This document shows positions 11,575 to 23,751 of a stretch of 64,000 nt of DNA, piece after piece. Origin of the DNA: Squalus acanthias (lineage: Eukaryota). A program made the translations under genes and the position numbers. The notes beneath the pieces are model-generated. The model saw only the letters and a list, made by a program, of their open reading frames with translations. It was not told where the DNA came from and searched no databases. Numbering within the stretch: the stretch's first letter is position 1; each line of letters begins with the position of its first letter. Location: positions 75,146,001 through 75,210,000 of the forward strand of contig CM059432.1 of assembly GCA_030390025.1 (NCBI GenBank), in the 5' to 3' direction.

Positions 11575-14125
11575 TTACAGATGTGGAAGGCCATTTGGCC
11601 CATTTTAGTTCATCCATCCATAAAAATTCTACAGTCCCATTACAGCATCCAATTAGTTCTGAAATGATTCCAGGATTTTCACCTCACCTATGTTATCAAT
11701 TGATCATCTTGTGTGAAGAATTTAGATATCAGTTCTAGATTTGCCTGTTACTAGTTTGGTCCTGTTGGCCCCTTGTCCTACCCTGGTAATTTGAAATCAT
11801 TTCCAGATTTACCTTTTCATACTATGTAATATCCACAGATCTCTGAAGGTTGCCACTCAAGTGGATAGAGCAGTAAAGAAGGCCTATGGTGTGTTGGCGT
11901 TTATTAACAGAGGGTTTGAGTTTAAGAACCGTGAGGTTATGCTGCAACTGTACAGGACCTTGGTGAGACCACATTTGGAATATTGTGTGCAGTTCTGGTC
12001 ACCTCACTATAGGAAGGACGTGGAAGCATTGGAAAGAGTGCAAAGGAGATTTACCAGGATGCTGCCTGGTTTGGGGGGGAGGTCTTATGAGGAAAGATTG
12101 AGGGAGTTGGGGCTTTTCTCTTTAGGAGCGGAGGAGGATGAGAGGCGACTTAATAGAGGTTTATAAGATGATGAGGGGGATAGAGTGGATGTTCAGAGAC
12201 TATTTCCTCGGGTAGAGGCAGCTGTTACAAGGGGGCATAACTATAAGGTGCATGGTGGGAGATATAGAAGGGATGTCCGAGGTAGATTCTTTACTCAGAG
12301 AGTGGTTGGGGTGTGGAATGGACTGCCTGCTGTGATAGTGGAGTCGGACACTTTAGGAACTTTCAAGCGGTTATTGGATAAGCACATGGAGCACACCAGA
12401 GTGATAGGGAGTGTGATAGCTTGATCTTGGTCTCGGACAATGCTCGGCACAACATCGAGGGCCGAAGGGCCTGTACTGTGCTGTACTGTTCTATGTTCTA
12501 TGTTCTATGTAATATCTTATATAACTGTAAAAGCTGCATTTCTCAAGATGATTTTTTTCAAGTCAGAGAAGCCTAAATTACTCCAGTCTCTCTTAAAGAC
12601 CTCTAAAGAGCTGCCTCACGGTTCTTCTCTGCACTTCCTTCAATGCTTGAAGCCTTCTTGTTTCAGTGATCAGAAATGAACTCAGTACTCACGGTACAGT
12701 CTGACTAGAGCACTATACATGAATTCCGCTGACTTGTACTGTACTGTTTTTGGTATATAGTTCAGTATTATATTGACTTTGTTGATTGCTGCTCTTCATT
12801 GGTTGGACATGTTACGCATCAAGCCTACTGAGACTCCAGGGTCCCTAAACTTGATCTGCAGCTATTTCAACACCATTCATAGAGTACATGTGTTGTCCAT
12901 TTTCCCTTCCTATGTGCAACACTTGGCACTTGGCTACATCAGATTTTATCCACTTCTGTTCTGTCCACTTAGTTTGTCCAGTTTATTCTGAAATTTCCAA
13001 ACTACTTCCTCAGATTCCACTGCCCCTCCTTAGATAGATTTTAAAATCCAAATCTTTAATGTAAATTAGAAGCAACTGTGGTCCCAACACCAATCCCCAG
13101 GGCAGTACTTCCTCCATCCATCCTGAATTAACTCCTCTAACCAGGACCCATTATTTCCTATTTTCAGTCAATTTCTTATCTATGCTCAAGATTTACCCCG
13201 AATCCTTACAGCTTTGAGCTCAACAGCCTACGCGTGGAACTTCATCAAATTTATTCTGGATGTCTTATCAGTCAACTTGGGATGCCACATTCTCAAAAAA
13301 AGTGATTGGTCAGGAACAGTCTTGCCGTCTGAATCCAAGGGGCTGCTTTTACTAAGTTATTGTTGTACCAATGACCTTCCAAGTTTACATCTGGCAAATT
13401 AATTGTAATATTTTACATGGAATTGAAGTATGACTGATGCAGTTGCCAGTCTCCAATTGGTCACCCTTTTTGAAAATGGGAACCATGTTCGCCTGTTTCC
13501 AATCTACTGGTATCTTTCAGTGTCGAGTGACTTAATGATCATCAATACTTCACAAATCTTCTCCCTAGTCTCCATCACTTTGGGATAATATTTCTATCCT
13601 TAAAGTTATTGTGACTCCTTTTAGCCTATCTAGAACTTCCATCTCATTTATTTCAAATTCCTCAATTGAGGAATTAACCATTCAGAACAATTCACTATCT
13701 TGTGCTCATTCTCTATTTCAAGCTTGTTTGCATCTTTTATGGGTTTCACCTCTTCTTTGACTGCCCTCTTAATTATGTTTTGCATCTACAACTATGATTT
13801 TTGTCTCTTTGCCCTGCTAATCACCTTAATATTTTTCTGCATATTTTCATCTACATCCCAGAGGATTTGTAAAGTTATTGTTCATCTTCATTTTACTTTG
13901 ATTTGTTTATTAATCTATTCACAGACATGCTGGTTTAAACTGAGTTTACTAGTTCTACGTATGTATTTATCTTGCATGCGCAACATTATACATTTAAAAG
14001 GTGTTCCACTTGCCCTCTACTGCAGCATTGCTGAACAACCTCTACCAATCAATTTGGTAAAGCCATTTCCTCACTTCTTTGAAATTAGCCCCTTCAAGTT
14101 TTTATACTTGGCTCCTGGTCGGTAT
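11575..14125 (-). mobile_element. Old decayed CR1, interrupted by a younger CR1 at 11834-12510
   Basis: Degenerate CR1 3' hairpin near 11585, and RT/linker remnants (ctagtcagactgtaccgtgagtactgagttc, ccctggggattggtgttgggacc). Confidence 0.7.
11834..12510 (+). mobile_element. Young 5'-truncated CR1 with (GTTCTAT)n tail and flanking duplication
   Basis: [18 protein letters not shown]; ctatgtaatatc at 11822-11833 and 12505-12516. Confidence 0.93.
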
Positions 14126-14253
14126 TTCTGAATAGATGAAACTTTAAAAAAAACTTGTGGGAAAATGTTCCGCAGAAAATGTCTTTGCACACTAGGGCAT
14201 GATGGAACATATGCAATTGGTGGGAACTGCAATTCATTATTAATGGCCATATT

Positions 14254-14267
14254 CATGCAGTGCATGC
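14254..14267 (-). promoter_or_regulatory. GCATG + TGCATG (RBFOX-type) pair about 60-70 nt downstream of the junctin 45-nt exon
   Basis: The minus strand reads aaaGCATGcacTGCATGaat. Confidence 0.5.
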
Positions 14268-14324
14268 TTTCACAAATCCAAATCAGCCAACCAGTCTAGC
14301 AGTTACTGGACTTTAGCAAAGTAC

Positions 14325-14369
14325 CTTTTTCCTTAGACTTTTCCTTTGCTTTCACTTTTCCTCCCGGTT
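14325..14369 (-). CDS. ASPH: Junctin-specific short exon (E)PGGKVKAKEKSKEK
   Basis: Acceptor tttttccttcttctgactgatag|AA and donor AAAG|gtactt; 45 nt, phase 1-1. Position and basic composition correspond to the recalled mammalian junctin exon EGPSGVAKRKTKAK. It joins the terminal exon in frame (G|TG = Val). Confidence 0.82.
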
Positions 14370-15350
14370 CTATCAGTCAGAAGAAGGAAAAATACACTAA
14401 CATTTTCAATTAGTTTAAAAACTAACGTCAGGTTCAACACATTATTTACACAGGCCTGAACCTCTCTAATACCTAATCAATGAACAATTTTACAGATCGT
14501 CTTAAGGTAGCTTACAAATTGAAGGACCCACATGCAGAGTCCCCCTAAGGATAGGACAAAACATGATACCGAGTTTAGCTTTACATCAATGAAACTTACA
14601 TTATGCATGAAAATAATCCATACCTGGTTAATATATTGAATTTAGCATTAGATTTGTCAGATTTCTTTTGACATCAGATTATATGGCAAATGATTTTAAA
14701 ACACTGGTTATAGTTGGGGTAGAAAGCAGGAAGAAATAACAAAAAACCTCAATAATACAAGACATGCAAGAAGCTAGTGATGAAATTGCTTCCGAATAAA
14801 GTGAAACCCAGAGTCTGCAAACCATATCATTCCTCAAAGATGACACCGGAAACCTTTGTAACTAGCATTTTGTTCTGAACCCAGGAAGTTATCACTTCTA
14901 ATCAGTTTCTTCATTAAAAAAAAATAAAACACGAAGGGCAGACAGTAACTGCATTGTCAGGCTAAAATCTAACATTTAATGGCCTGGAGAGTCCAATAAT
15001 CCTTTAACAATGAACATTTTGGTCACTTTTTAAATGACCAGCAGGAAACAACCCAAAATTATTTCACATCGTGCCTATACCCAAGCAAAATTTTTGACTC
15101 CCATCAGTCTGGGATGAATTCCACTCCACAGGCAAAACAGCAGAGTAAACCAGTTCTCCCTCATGGTTTTTTACATGACCTAAGGGACAACAGTTTGTCT
15201 TAGAGTCTGAAACCTGTTGTCATTACACTATACGTTTACACTGTATTCAACAATGAGAAAATGCTTTCACCAGATAGCTTTACTTTGACATCAGTGTATT
15301 GTTTCTGTTCATTATTAGATTGGTATGCTTCGCCAAGTGATGAAAACTAT

Positions 15351-15717
15351 GGCCCGGATTTTGCTGTGAGCGGTGAAGAAACGGTTTTTGCCATTCACCT
15401 TGTGTACAGTTGCCCACAGACTTTTTTTAGCAGGCTTGTCAGCAGAGACTGCCACTCATCTGCCTGTTTGAATTTGGCGCCTCTCACGGGGATCTGTGGT
15501 ATCTGAGCAGGAGTAGCAGTAAGGAGGCTAATCAATCAATCAATCAGAATACTGCAACAGCGCAGCCTGTGGAGGAGCAAAGCATCACTGACAGCAACTT
15601 CCAAATTTCTGCATTTAACTGCACATGTGCGGACGCCAGAAGTTGCGGTCAGTTTTACCCAATAATAACGGCGAGCACCAACAGCCTCGCCGTTATTAGT
15701 ACAGCAAAATCCAGACC
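15351..15717. mobile_element. PIF/Harbinger-type MITE
   Basis: TIRs GGCCCGGATTTTGCTGT / ACAGCAAAATCCAGACC; 3-bp TSD TAT at 15348-15350 and 15718-15720. Confidence 0.75.
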
Positions 15718-16567
15718 TATGTTTTCCCCTGTAATGGTTCTTCTATTTCCACTTAGCATTTCCAAGTAAGAATCAGAAACATCTTTGCTATGTAACACTG
15801 TTGCCACTTCAACTTTCACAAGAAATATTACTATCCTAATAATTCAATAATTTTTGAATATATTTTATGTGTTTTAGAAAACTAAAAGCCCCAGCCCAGA
15901 TCAGCAAACTGCAAACAACCGAGACTGTACTAAGAACCTTTCTGGTCTGTACTGCGCAGTTTCATGCCTGTCAGGACTTTTGCCAACTGAGCCATTGCTA
16001 AAATTCTACGTATTTTGATGCCAATCACGTGCAAAGGATGAAAATTAACAAGCATAACCTGGATGAAATCAGATGTCGAGAATAGTTGTATCATTCAAAC
16101 TTTTGACAGTCTACAGGTTGACAAAGTGATCAAACATAAATCAACATCAAGTAATCGGCTGACTAAAATGAGCTCCATTTTAAGCCATTTATATATACTG
16201 TAACACTGGAAGATCTTGCCACTTTTTGTAGTTTCCTTTATTATATATGAAGCACAGGCAAATTACAACATTCTTGCAAATCCAAAATATACTCCAGATG
16301 AGCATGATGCAACCACAAATCCAGTGGGCAGACAAGCCACCTATAACTATTCATTAAGTACTTTTTTTGAATTTTGAGCCAGGAATTTCATAGCCAACTG
16401 AAACACTGGATTGAAAAAAGTTTAAAATGGAAATATCAAAAGCAAATATGGATGAAGTATAGATCATAAATTCAAGAAAATGCATCTAATTTCAGAATGA
16501 AGCATGAAGTGAGTAGACACAGTTCCTTACATATGAAGTGAAAACTCAACTTCTGGCCATTGTAGTA

Positions 16568-16984
16568 CAGGAAACTTTAGTTTATCCGGCACCCAAATAT
16601 CCGGAATTCTCGCTTAACCGGCAAAAATCATCCTCCGAAAACTCCTCTCAAATAACCGGCAATGTTGCCGAGTTGCAGTCGAGTCCCCGCGAACGCCGAG
16701 TGCTCCGAAAAATCCTCTCAAATAACTGGCAATGTTGCCGATCCCGAGTCCGAGTCCGAGAACGCCGATTTAGTCAGTAGGGGTACTTTTCAAAAGTGCC
16801 ACTACTCGGCCTCCTGGCGCTGTCGCAAGTCCGAAACATTGCAGTAGCAGGAGTAGATTCTCCCGCGCTGCTTGGAGTCTCTTTGTTAAAAATAGCCTCT
16901 GTAGATATAACTCTGTTATCCGGTACTTTCGATAAACCGGCACCACGCCGGTCCCGTCTATGCCGGATAAACGAAAGTTTCCTG
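16568..16984. mobile_element. Tc1/mariner (pogo/Tigger-like) MITE, copy 1
   Basis: 24-bp TIRs CAGGAAACTTTAGTTTATCCGGCA / TGCCGGATAAACGAAAGTTTCCTG; TA on both sides; second copy at 39069-39429. Confidence 0.9.
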
Positions 16985-17958
16985 TATTAAGCCATTACAA
17001 AGGTGCAGTGCGGAGAAATTGTGAACCTCTCAAATCATCCCGGGAATATTAAGTTTTCACCTGTTTTTAAAAAATAAATTGTGATAAACCATTCAGAACA
17101 TTTACAAACCATGCTGAGATAGAACACGTGTACACACAGATGTGTTGCATTTAAAAAAAGAGTTTTCCTCTTCGGTGGATGGTTGTTGACTGCAACCTAA
17201 AGGATTTGTAGAACCATCTTTGCATACTTGTTGATACAAAATTATTTCTATCTAAATCAGACCATCATACATACACCAAAAAAAACTTCAAAAAAAGGAG
17301 AGGGGAGGAAACCTGCTTCAAGGTCAATGTAGATCTCAAAACATAAACCACCTGAAATAAAAATACATTTGCTCACAATTAGTTTTGTTTTATATAGCAC
17401 GTGTCATAATATTCATACAAAAAGCCATTGCAGGACTACAATAAGAAATCTCCTAGATTGTGTGTTCTCCCTCTTTGTATCCAGTCTAAACTTATTGCAC
17501 AAAACACACACTTTTGTTCACTAGAGATACAAGATTCTCCAGGAATAAACTGCGCTACTAATGAATATGGAATTTTTTTTAAACTCTTGCTCAAGTTTTT
17601 ATACAATTAACAGTAATGATTTCCATGACCTGAACTAATAAGCACTATTTTAGCAAAAAATTATGTGCTTTTTTATATAAAGTGCTCGAAGCTACTGAGC
17701 TCTGGCACTAGATAGTGCAGTCTTTCTTTGGAACATAGTCCCTCATTAGAATACTGAAAGACCTTTCAGCTGTTGAAGTATACATACCTTTACAGAAAAA
17801 AAGTTTTCCATTACGAGGAACCATGCCAATTAAAAAGATCTTGACGTACTTCAACTATACTGGTTGGATGGCAGTGTGCTATTGCTCTAATGTGTTGTGC
17901 CACAGAGTGGCAAAGTGCACAATTGCATCAAAGACTTCTCCAGATAGCAAAAATCTCA

Positions 17959-18024
17959 AAGGTGAAGGGCTGGATAAAGTGAAAGGCTGGATAAAGTCAA
18001 GGTGAAGGGCTGGATAAAGTCAAG
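17959..18024 (+). repeat. Three-copy micro-tandem of GTGAA(G/A)GGCTGGATAAAGT
   Basis: Directly visible. Confidence 0.8.
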
Positions 18025-18254
18025 TAATCAATCTAGTTTTGCACACCTATCAAATGATAGAGCAGCAGTAGTGAGCAGCTAAGCGCAGGCCTCCAGCCCA
18101 TCGCCTCTACAGCAGAAAAGCACCACTGCAGGTGGGAGGAAAAACTACAATCTAGTTTGTTGCAGAAACAAAAACCAAGTGCTTTACATTGCAAAGTGCG
18201 GTTATGTTTCTAGTTAGGGCCAAGTCTCACTACACCATATACAAATTCAGCTGG

Positions 18255-18585
18255 CAGTTCAGTACAGGGAGTACTCCATTGTTAGAAGTGCCCTCCTTTG
18301 AATAAGATGTTACACTTAAGCCTAGTCTCCCTATTCAGATGGAAGTCAAAGATCCCATGGCACTATTGGAAGAAATGCAGTACATTTTCTTGTTGTCCTG
18401 GCCAACATTCTTCCCTCAACCAACACCACCATCTCAATACAGTGTTTATGGATCCTCAATGAACAAAAGGGCTGCCATGTTCACTTGCATAGGAACAGTA
18501 ACTGCATTTTATAGTCATTATTGTATGTGAATTGCTTTGGAACATACAGACATGTAAAAGGTGCTTTAAGACTGATTCTTTCTTT
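18255..18585 (+). mobile_element. Decayed Deu-domain SINE
   Basis: aaagatcccatggcactatt...tgtcctggccaacattcttccctcaaccaacacc...gctttggaacat...aaaggtgct; homologous to 7641-8035. Confidence 0.65.
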
Positions 18586-19099
18586 CTTTATAGCATCCCT
18601 AGCTGAGTTTACCCAATGCTCACAAAATTCCAACACCACCATTCTGAAGCTAGATTTTAACACAATGTGAAAGAGCAGTCCAGGGTGACTCAGATATTTC
18701 TCTCCTCTCGATTCAGAAGCAGCAGCCTACAGGCATCTCCCCTCCGCAATGCCCCAGACAAGACCAGGAACTCACCAAATGAAAGATCACGAATGTGAAC
18801 TTGTTCCCTGATACTCCGATAGGCGTTCATGTTGGATAATATTTTAAATGCTCAATTTCAGCTTGGAATTTTTTTTAAACAATCTGTTCCTTAAAGATCA
18901 GAAGATTTTCATTTGGCTCTACTGAACACAAATCTGCTGCTGTAACACTTCAAAGAAAGATGGTTCAGGTTCCAATAATTCTAAGAAAATAAGAAATTCA
19001 ACTGAAGGTTTTGGTCAAGATTCCAGTAACCAAAGGTAAAAAATCAAAATGGTGTTGGCTGATGAATTAGTAAATCTTGTAGATTACAATGAAGCAGCC

Positions 19100-19897
19100 C
19101 GTGCCACATGTGGTAAGACCTGGACAAGATTCAGACTTGGGCTGATAACTGGCAAGTAACATACGTGCCACACAAGTGCCAGGCAATGACCACCTCCAAC
19201 AAGAGAAAGTCTAACCACCTCCCCTTGACATTCAACGCATTAACATCGTCAAATCTCCCACCATCAACATCCTGGGGGGTCACCATTGACCAGAAACTTA
19301 ACTGGACCAGCCACATAAATACTGTGGCTACAAGAGGTCAGAGACTAGGTATTCTGCGGCGAGTGACTCTCCTCCTGACTTCCCAAAGCCTTTCCACCAT
19401 CTACAAGGCACAAGTAAGGAGTGCGATGGAATACTCTCCACTTACCTGGATGAGTGCAGCTCCAACAAGACTCCAGAAGCTCAACGCCATCCAGGACAAA
19501 GCAGCCTGCTTGATTAGCACTCCATTCACCACCTGAAACATTCACTCCCTCCACCACCGGCACACCGTGTACTATCTACAAGATGCACTGCAGCAACGTG
19601 CCTAGCCTTCTTTGACAGCACCTCCCAAACCCGCAACCTCTACCACCTAGAAGGAAAAGGGCTGCAGGTGCATGGGAACACCACCACCTCCAAGTTCCCC
19701 TCCAAGTCGGAAATGTATTGCCGTTCCTTCATAGTCGCTGGGTCAAAATCCTGGAACTCCCTCCCTAACAACACTGTGGGAGTACCTTCACCACACGGAC
19801 TGCACCAGTTCAAGGCAGCGGCTCATCACCACCTTCTCAAGGGCAATAAATGCTGGCCTTGCCAGCGACGCCCACCTCCCGTGAATGTATAAATAAA
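19100..19897 (+). mobile_element. 3' fragment of a CR1/L2-group LINE of a different family from the main CR1s
   Basis: ORF ...GVTIDQKLNWTSHI...LGILRR...IYKAQVRSAMEY...IQDKA (RT thumb region); 3' end gggcaataaatgctggccttgccagcgacgcccac...gaatgtataaataaa. Confidence 0.8.
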
Positions 19898-20571
19898 TGA
19901 CAAGTACAGATTATAAGAATTAAAAGGAACTTGGTTGTCAAATTGTGCACAAGCAGGTTTGTTCTCTCAGCATAAGATTATGAGCACTCCCCGCAAATCC
20001 ACCCCCCCCCCAAATATAGATGAAAACTGGATATTCGTGTTCAACTTCAAACAAAACATTTAAGATTCAGAATGCACATTCCTCTATCCTTCCAACATTA
20101 GATTAATACTGTGGTTATGAAAGCAAATTTATACAGTCACACATTTAGGTCATTATTTCACTGATCTCTGGAGCAAATACCATAGCTTCAACTCAAGTGT
20201 GTAAAGGAAATAATTTGGCATACTTAAGTAAAAAGATAGTACATTTATTGGAGTATGTAAATAAAATATGTACCCCTGAAAAAAGTGAGTATTTAAATGT
20301 GAAAACCTTTTTGCTACAATAAAAATTGCACCATACCATTTGTTGCCCTCCTGTTCTGCACTGAACTGAATTCACATCAAATCTCTTTAACCCTGCATGT
20401 GCAATATTGGAAACAGTGCATCCTTCCCAAAGTTAAGCCAAAGCAGAACACTAATCCCACCACTGCTAGAAGCAAGTACCATTCCAAAAGAAATTCTAAA
20501 ACAAATGAATTTCCAATTAAATATTTCAAAAGTCTCATACTGCAGTACTTTTACAAACTATTTCAACTAAG

Positions 20572-22492
20572 AATTGAGGGATTAATTAAGAAGGGGAAAA
20601 CAGAATACGAGAGTAAGCTTGCAGGGAACATAAAAACTGACTGTAAAAGCTTTTATAGATATGTGAAGAGAAAAAGATTAGTGAAATCAAGCATAGGTCC
20701 CTTGCAGTCAGAATCAGGGGAACTTATAATGGGGAACAAAGAAATGTCAGACCAATTAAATATATATTTTGGTTCTGTCTTCACAAAGGAGGACACAAAT
20801 AACCTCCCAGAGACGTTGGGGAACATAGGGTCTGATGAAAGGGAGGAACTGAAAGAAATCAGTATTTGTAGGGAAATGGTGTTAGGGAAATTGAAGGGAT
20901 TGAAGGCCGATAAATCCCCAGGGCCTGATAATCTACATCCTAGGGTACTTAAGGAAGTGGCCCTAGAAATAGTAAATGCATTGCTGATCATCTTCCAACA
21001 TTCGATGGAATCTGGAACAGTACCCATGGATTGGAGGGTAGCTAATGTTACCCCACTATTCAAAAGGGTGGTAGAGAGAAAACAGGGAATTACAGTAAGC
21101 CTGACATCGGTAGTGGGGAAAATGCTAGAGTCCATTATAAAAGATGTAATAGCTGAGCACTTGAAAAACAGTGACAGGATCGGATAAAGTCAACATGGAT
21201 TTACAAAAGGTAAATCATGCTTGACTAATCTACTGGAATTTTTTGAGGATGTAACTAGTAGAATAGATAAAGGGAGAACCAGTAGATGTGGTGTATTTGG
21301 ACTTCCAAAAGGCTTTTGATAAGGTCCCGCATAAGAGATTAGCGTGTAAAGTTAAGGCACATGGGATTGGGGGCAAGGTATTGACTTGGATAGAGAACTG
21401 GTTGGCAGACAGAAAGCAAAGAATTGGAATAAACGGGTCTTTTTCCCCCGAGTGGCAGGCAGTGACTAGTGGGGTACCGCAGGGATCGGTCCTTGGACCC
21501 CAGCTATTCACAATATATATTAATGATCTAGACAAGGGAACTAGATGTAATATCTCCAAGTTTGCAGACGACACAAAACTGGGTGGGCGTGTGTGCTGCG
21601 AGGAGGATGCCGAGAAACTCCAGGATGATTTGGACAGGTTGGGTGATTGAGCAGAAGCGTGGCAGATGCAATATAACGTGGATAAATGCGAGGTTATCCA
21701 CTTTGGTGTCAAAAACAGAAAGGCAGATTATCTGAATGGCAATAGATTGGGAGAAGGGGAAGTGCAACGAGACCTGGGTGTCCTTGTGCACCAGTCGCTG
21801 AAGGTAAGCATGCAGGTGCAGCAGGTGGTTAAGGCGGCAAATGGTATGTTGGCCTTCATAGTGAGAGGGTTTGAGTACAGGAACAAGGATGTCTTGCTGC
21901 AGTTGTATAGGGCCTTGGTGAGACCACACCTTGAGTACTGTGTGCAGTTTTGGTCGCCTTATCTGAGGAAGGATGTTCTTGCCATGGAAGGAGTTCAGCG
22001 AAGATTCACAAGGCTGATACCTGGGATGGCAGGAATGATGTATGGAGAGAGATTGGGTCGATTGGGCTTATACTCGCTGGAGTTTAGAAGAATGAGAGGG
22101 GATCTCATTGAAACTTATAAAATTCTGACAGGACAGGACAAACTCGATGCAGGAAGGATGTTCCCGATGGTCGGGGAGTCCAGAACCAGGGGTCACAGTC
22201 TAAGTATAAGGGGTAAGCCATTTAGGACAGAAATGAGGAGGAATTTCTTCACCCAGAGAGTGGTGAACCTGTGGAATTCTCTGCCACAGAAGGCAGTAGA
22301 GGCCAATTCATTAAATAGATTCAAGAAGGAGTTGGATATATTTCTTAAGGCTAAAGGGATCAAGGGATATGAGGAGAAAGCAGGGACAGGGTACTGAATT
22401 TGGATGATCAGCCATGATCGCATTGAATGGCGGAGCAGGCTAGAGGGGCCGAATGGCCTACTCCTGCTCCTATCTTCTATGATTCTATGATT
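20572..22492 (+). mobile_element. CR1 LINE, 5'-truncated, relatively well preserved
   Basis: Long ORF2 segments 20572-21187, 21288-21650 (FADD) and 21666-22397; (TTCTATGA)n tail. Confidence 0.96.
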
Positions 22493-22499
22493 TGCTGAG

Positions 22500-23751
22500 A
22501 AGTACATCTGCTTAAATACCCCTTTCATCGAAAATGGTCCCATTGTGGAATATGGGCATCAAGAAATTTTAGATCTATTACCCTCAAATACTATTCTCTT
22601 ATGTACTCTCCATTATATCTGGCAATCCATACCTATGTGCATAACATTAAATTTAGAACAGAATACAAGTGTTTGAGAACTAGGTCTCCTATTTCTAAGG
22701 CTAAATTATTGCATTTTTTAATATAAAAATTTATATTAAATATAAATTTGCCATCAAATCCATGAAGGGAGCGGAGTTATCCAGCATTAGAGTTGCGATT
22801 TCCAGTTCCTTCTACAAGAATGTACACTAGAGCATTGTGCAGTTTAATGCACCTAAAAAGGTTACTAAATAACAGCAAGCAAAATCAAATCTTTACATTT
22901 CATTTATTCAAGTATCATTTCACGGAACCAAGAATGTCAAAAACATTACATTAGACATGCTAATTTAGTATGATTTTACGCAGGATACCAACATGCACAC
23001 TTCTCATGCTATGTTGACATTACAACCAGAAAATCTTGATACAAGAACTATTCACATATTAGTATACAGTACAAACAAAAAAAACAAATAAATTCTTATG
23101 TATTGAAACAGTAACTAGATCAATATAAAAGTCTTATTTACATGATGCAAACATGCTAAGTTTCTTTTGTATAATTATGCACAAGATCTATTTCCAAGCT
23201 GTAATCAATTCAGTTTGTTAGTACTTTATCATTAATGTGCCAACCTGATGGCGAACACTAATAGCTCCCTATCGGTTAACATTAGTGCAAAAACACACAG
23301 GAAAAAAAAGCAAAAGCACAAATTTTGCTGCATAAAAGCAGATACACAAGAACTAAGTTACACTCACGTGTAAGCATTTATCCCCTCCCTATGGCAAACA
23401 GCCACAGAAAGACTACCGTAGGTTGTAAATCCAGATAATTTATAACAAGATTTCATATATACATCAAGGTTTCATGTATACAATCAACAGTCCATATGGG
23501 TTAGTTTATTAAAAGGTGTTGCACATATTTTGTTACTGTCCATTGCTGCCGTCTGTAGTACTACAGTGCTCTGACGAGCAGTTTAACTGTGCATCTTAAA
23601 ACCCATTTATTAAAATCACATAACACCTTAACTTCAATAGACTTCCATTTTTTTTCCACCGGATCCAATTTTATTTGTGCGTCTCTTTAAAGTAACATTT
23701 GTTTCTTTTTAATATCTTCCCCCAACTTAATGTAGGATTTTAGAATGACTG
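22500..23751 (-). other. ASPH: Probable 3' UTR of the acidic terminal-exon isoform
   Basis: TE-free AT-rich stretch after the TAG. Minus-strand AATAAA at 23670-23675, 23606-23611 and 23505-23510. Confidence 0.45.

Noticed and set aside
16620..16760. Spaced direct repeats of about 39 bp resembling a mini-CRISPR array (also 39130-39250)
   Set aside because: There are only two units, they lie inside a TIR/TA-flanked MITE, the spacers are shared between copies, there are no cas genes, and the context is eukaryotic.
17783..17850. Strong minus-strand donor AAG|gtatgt as an additional ASPH exon
   Set aside because: No good upstream acceptor and no recognisable peptide.
20399..21187. Longest ORF (262 aa) as a host gene or domesticated RT
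   Set aside because: It is CR1 ORF2 linker sequence extended by chance into flanking DNA, followed by stops and frameshifts.
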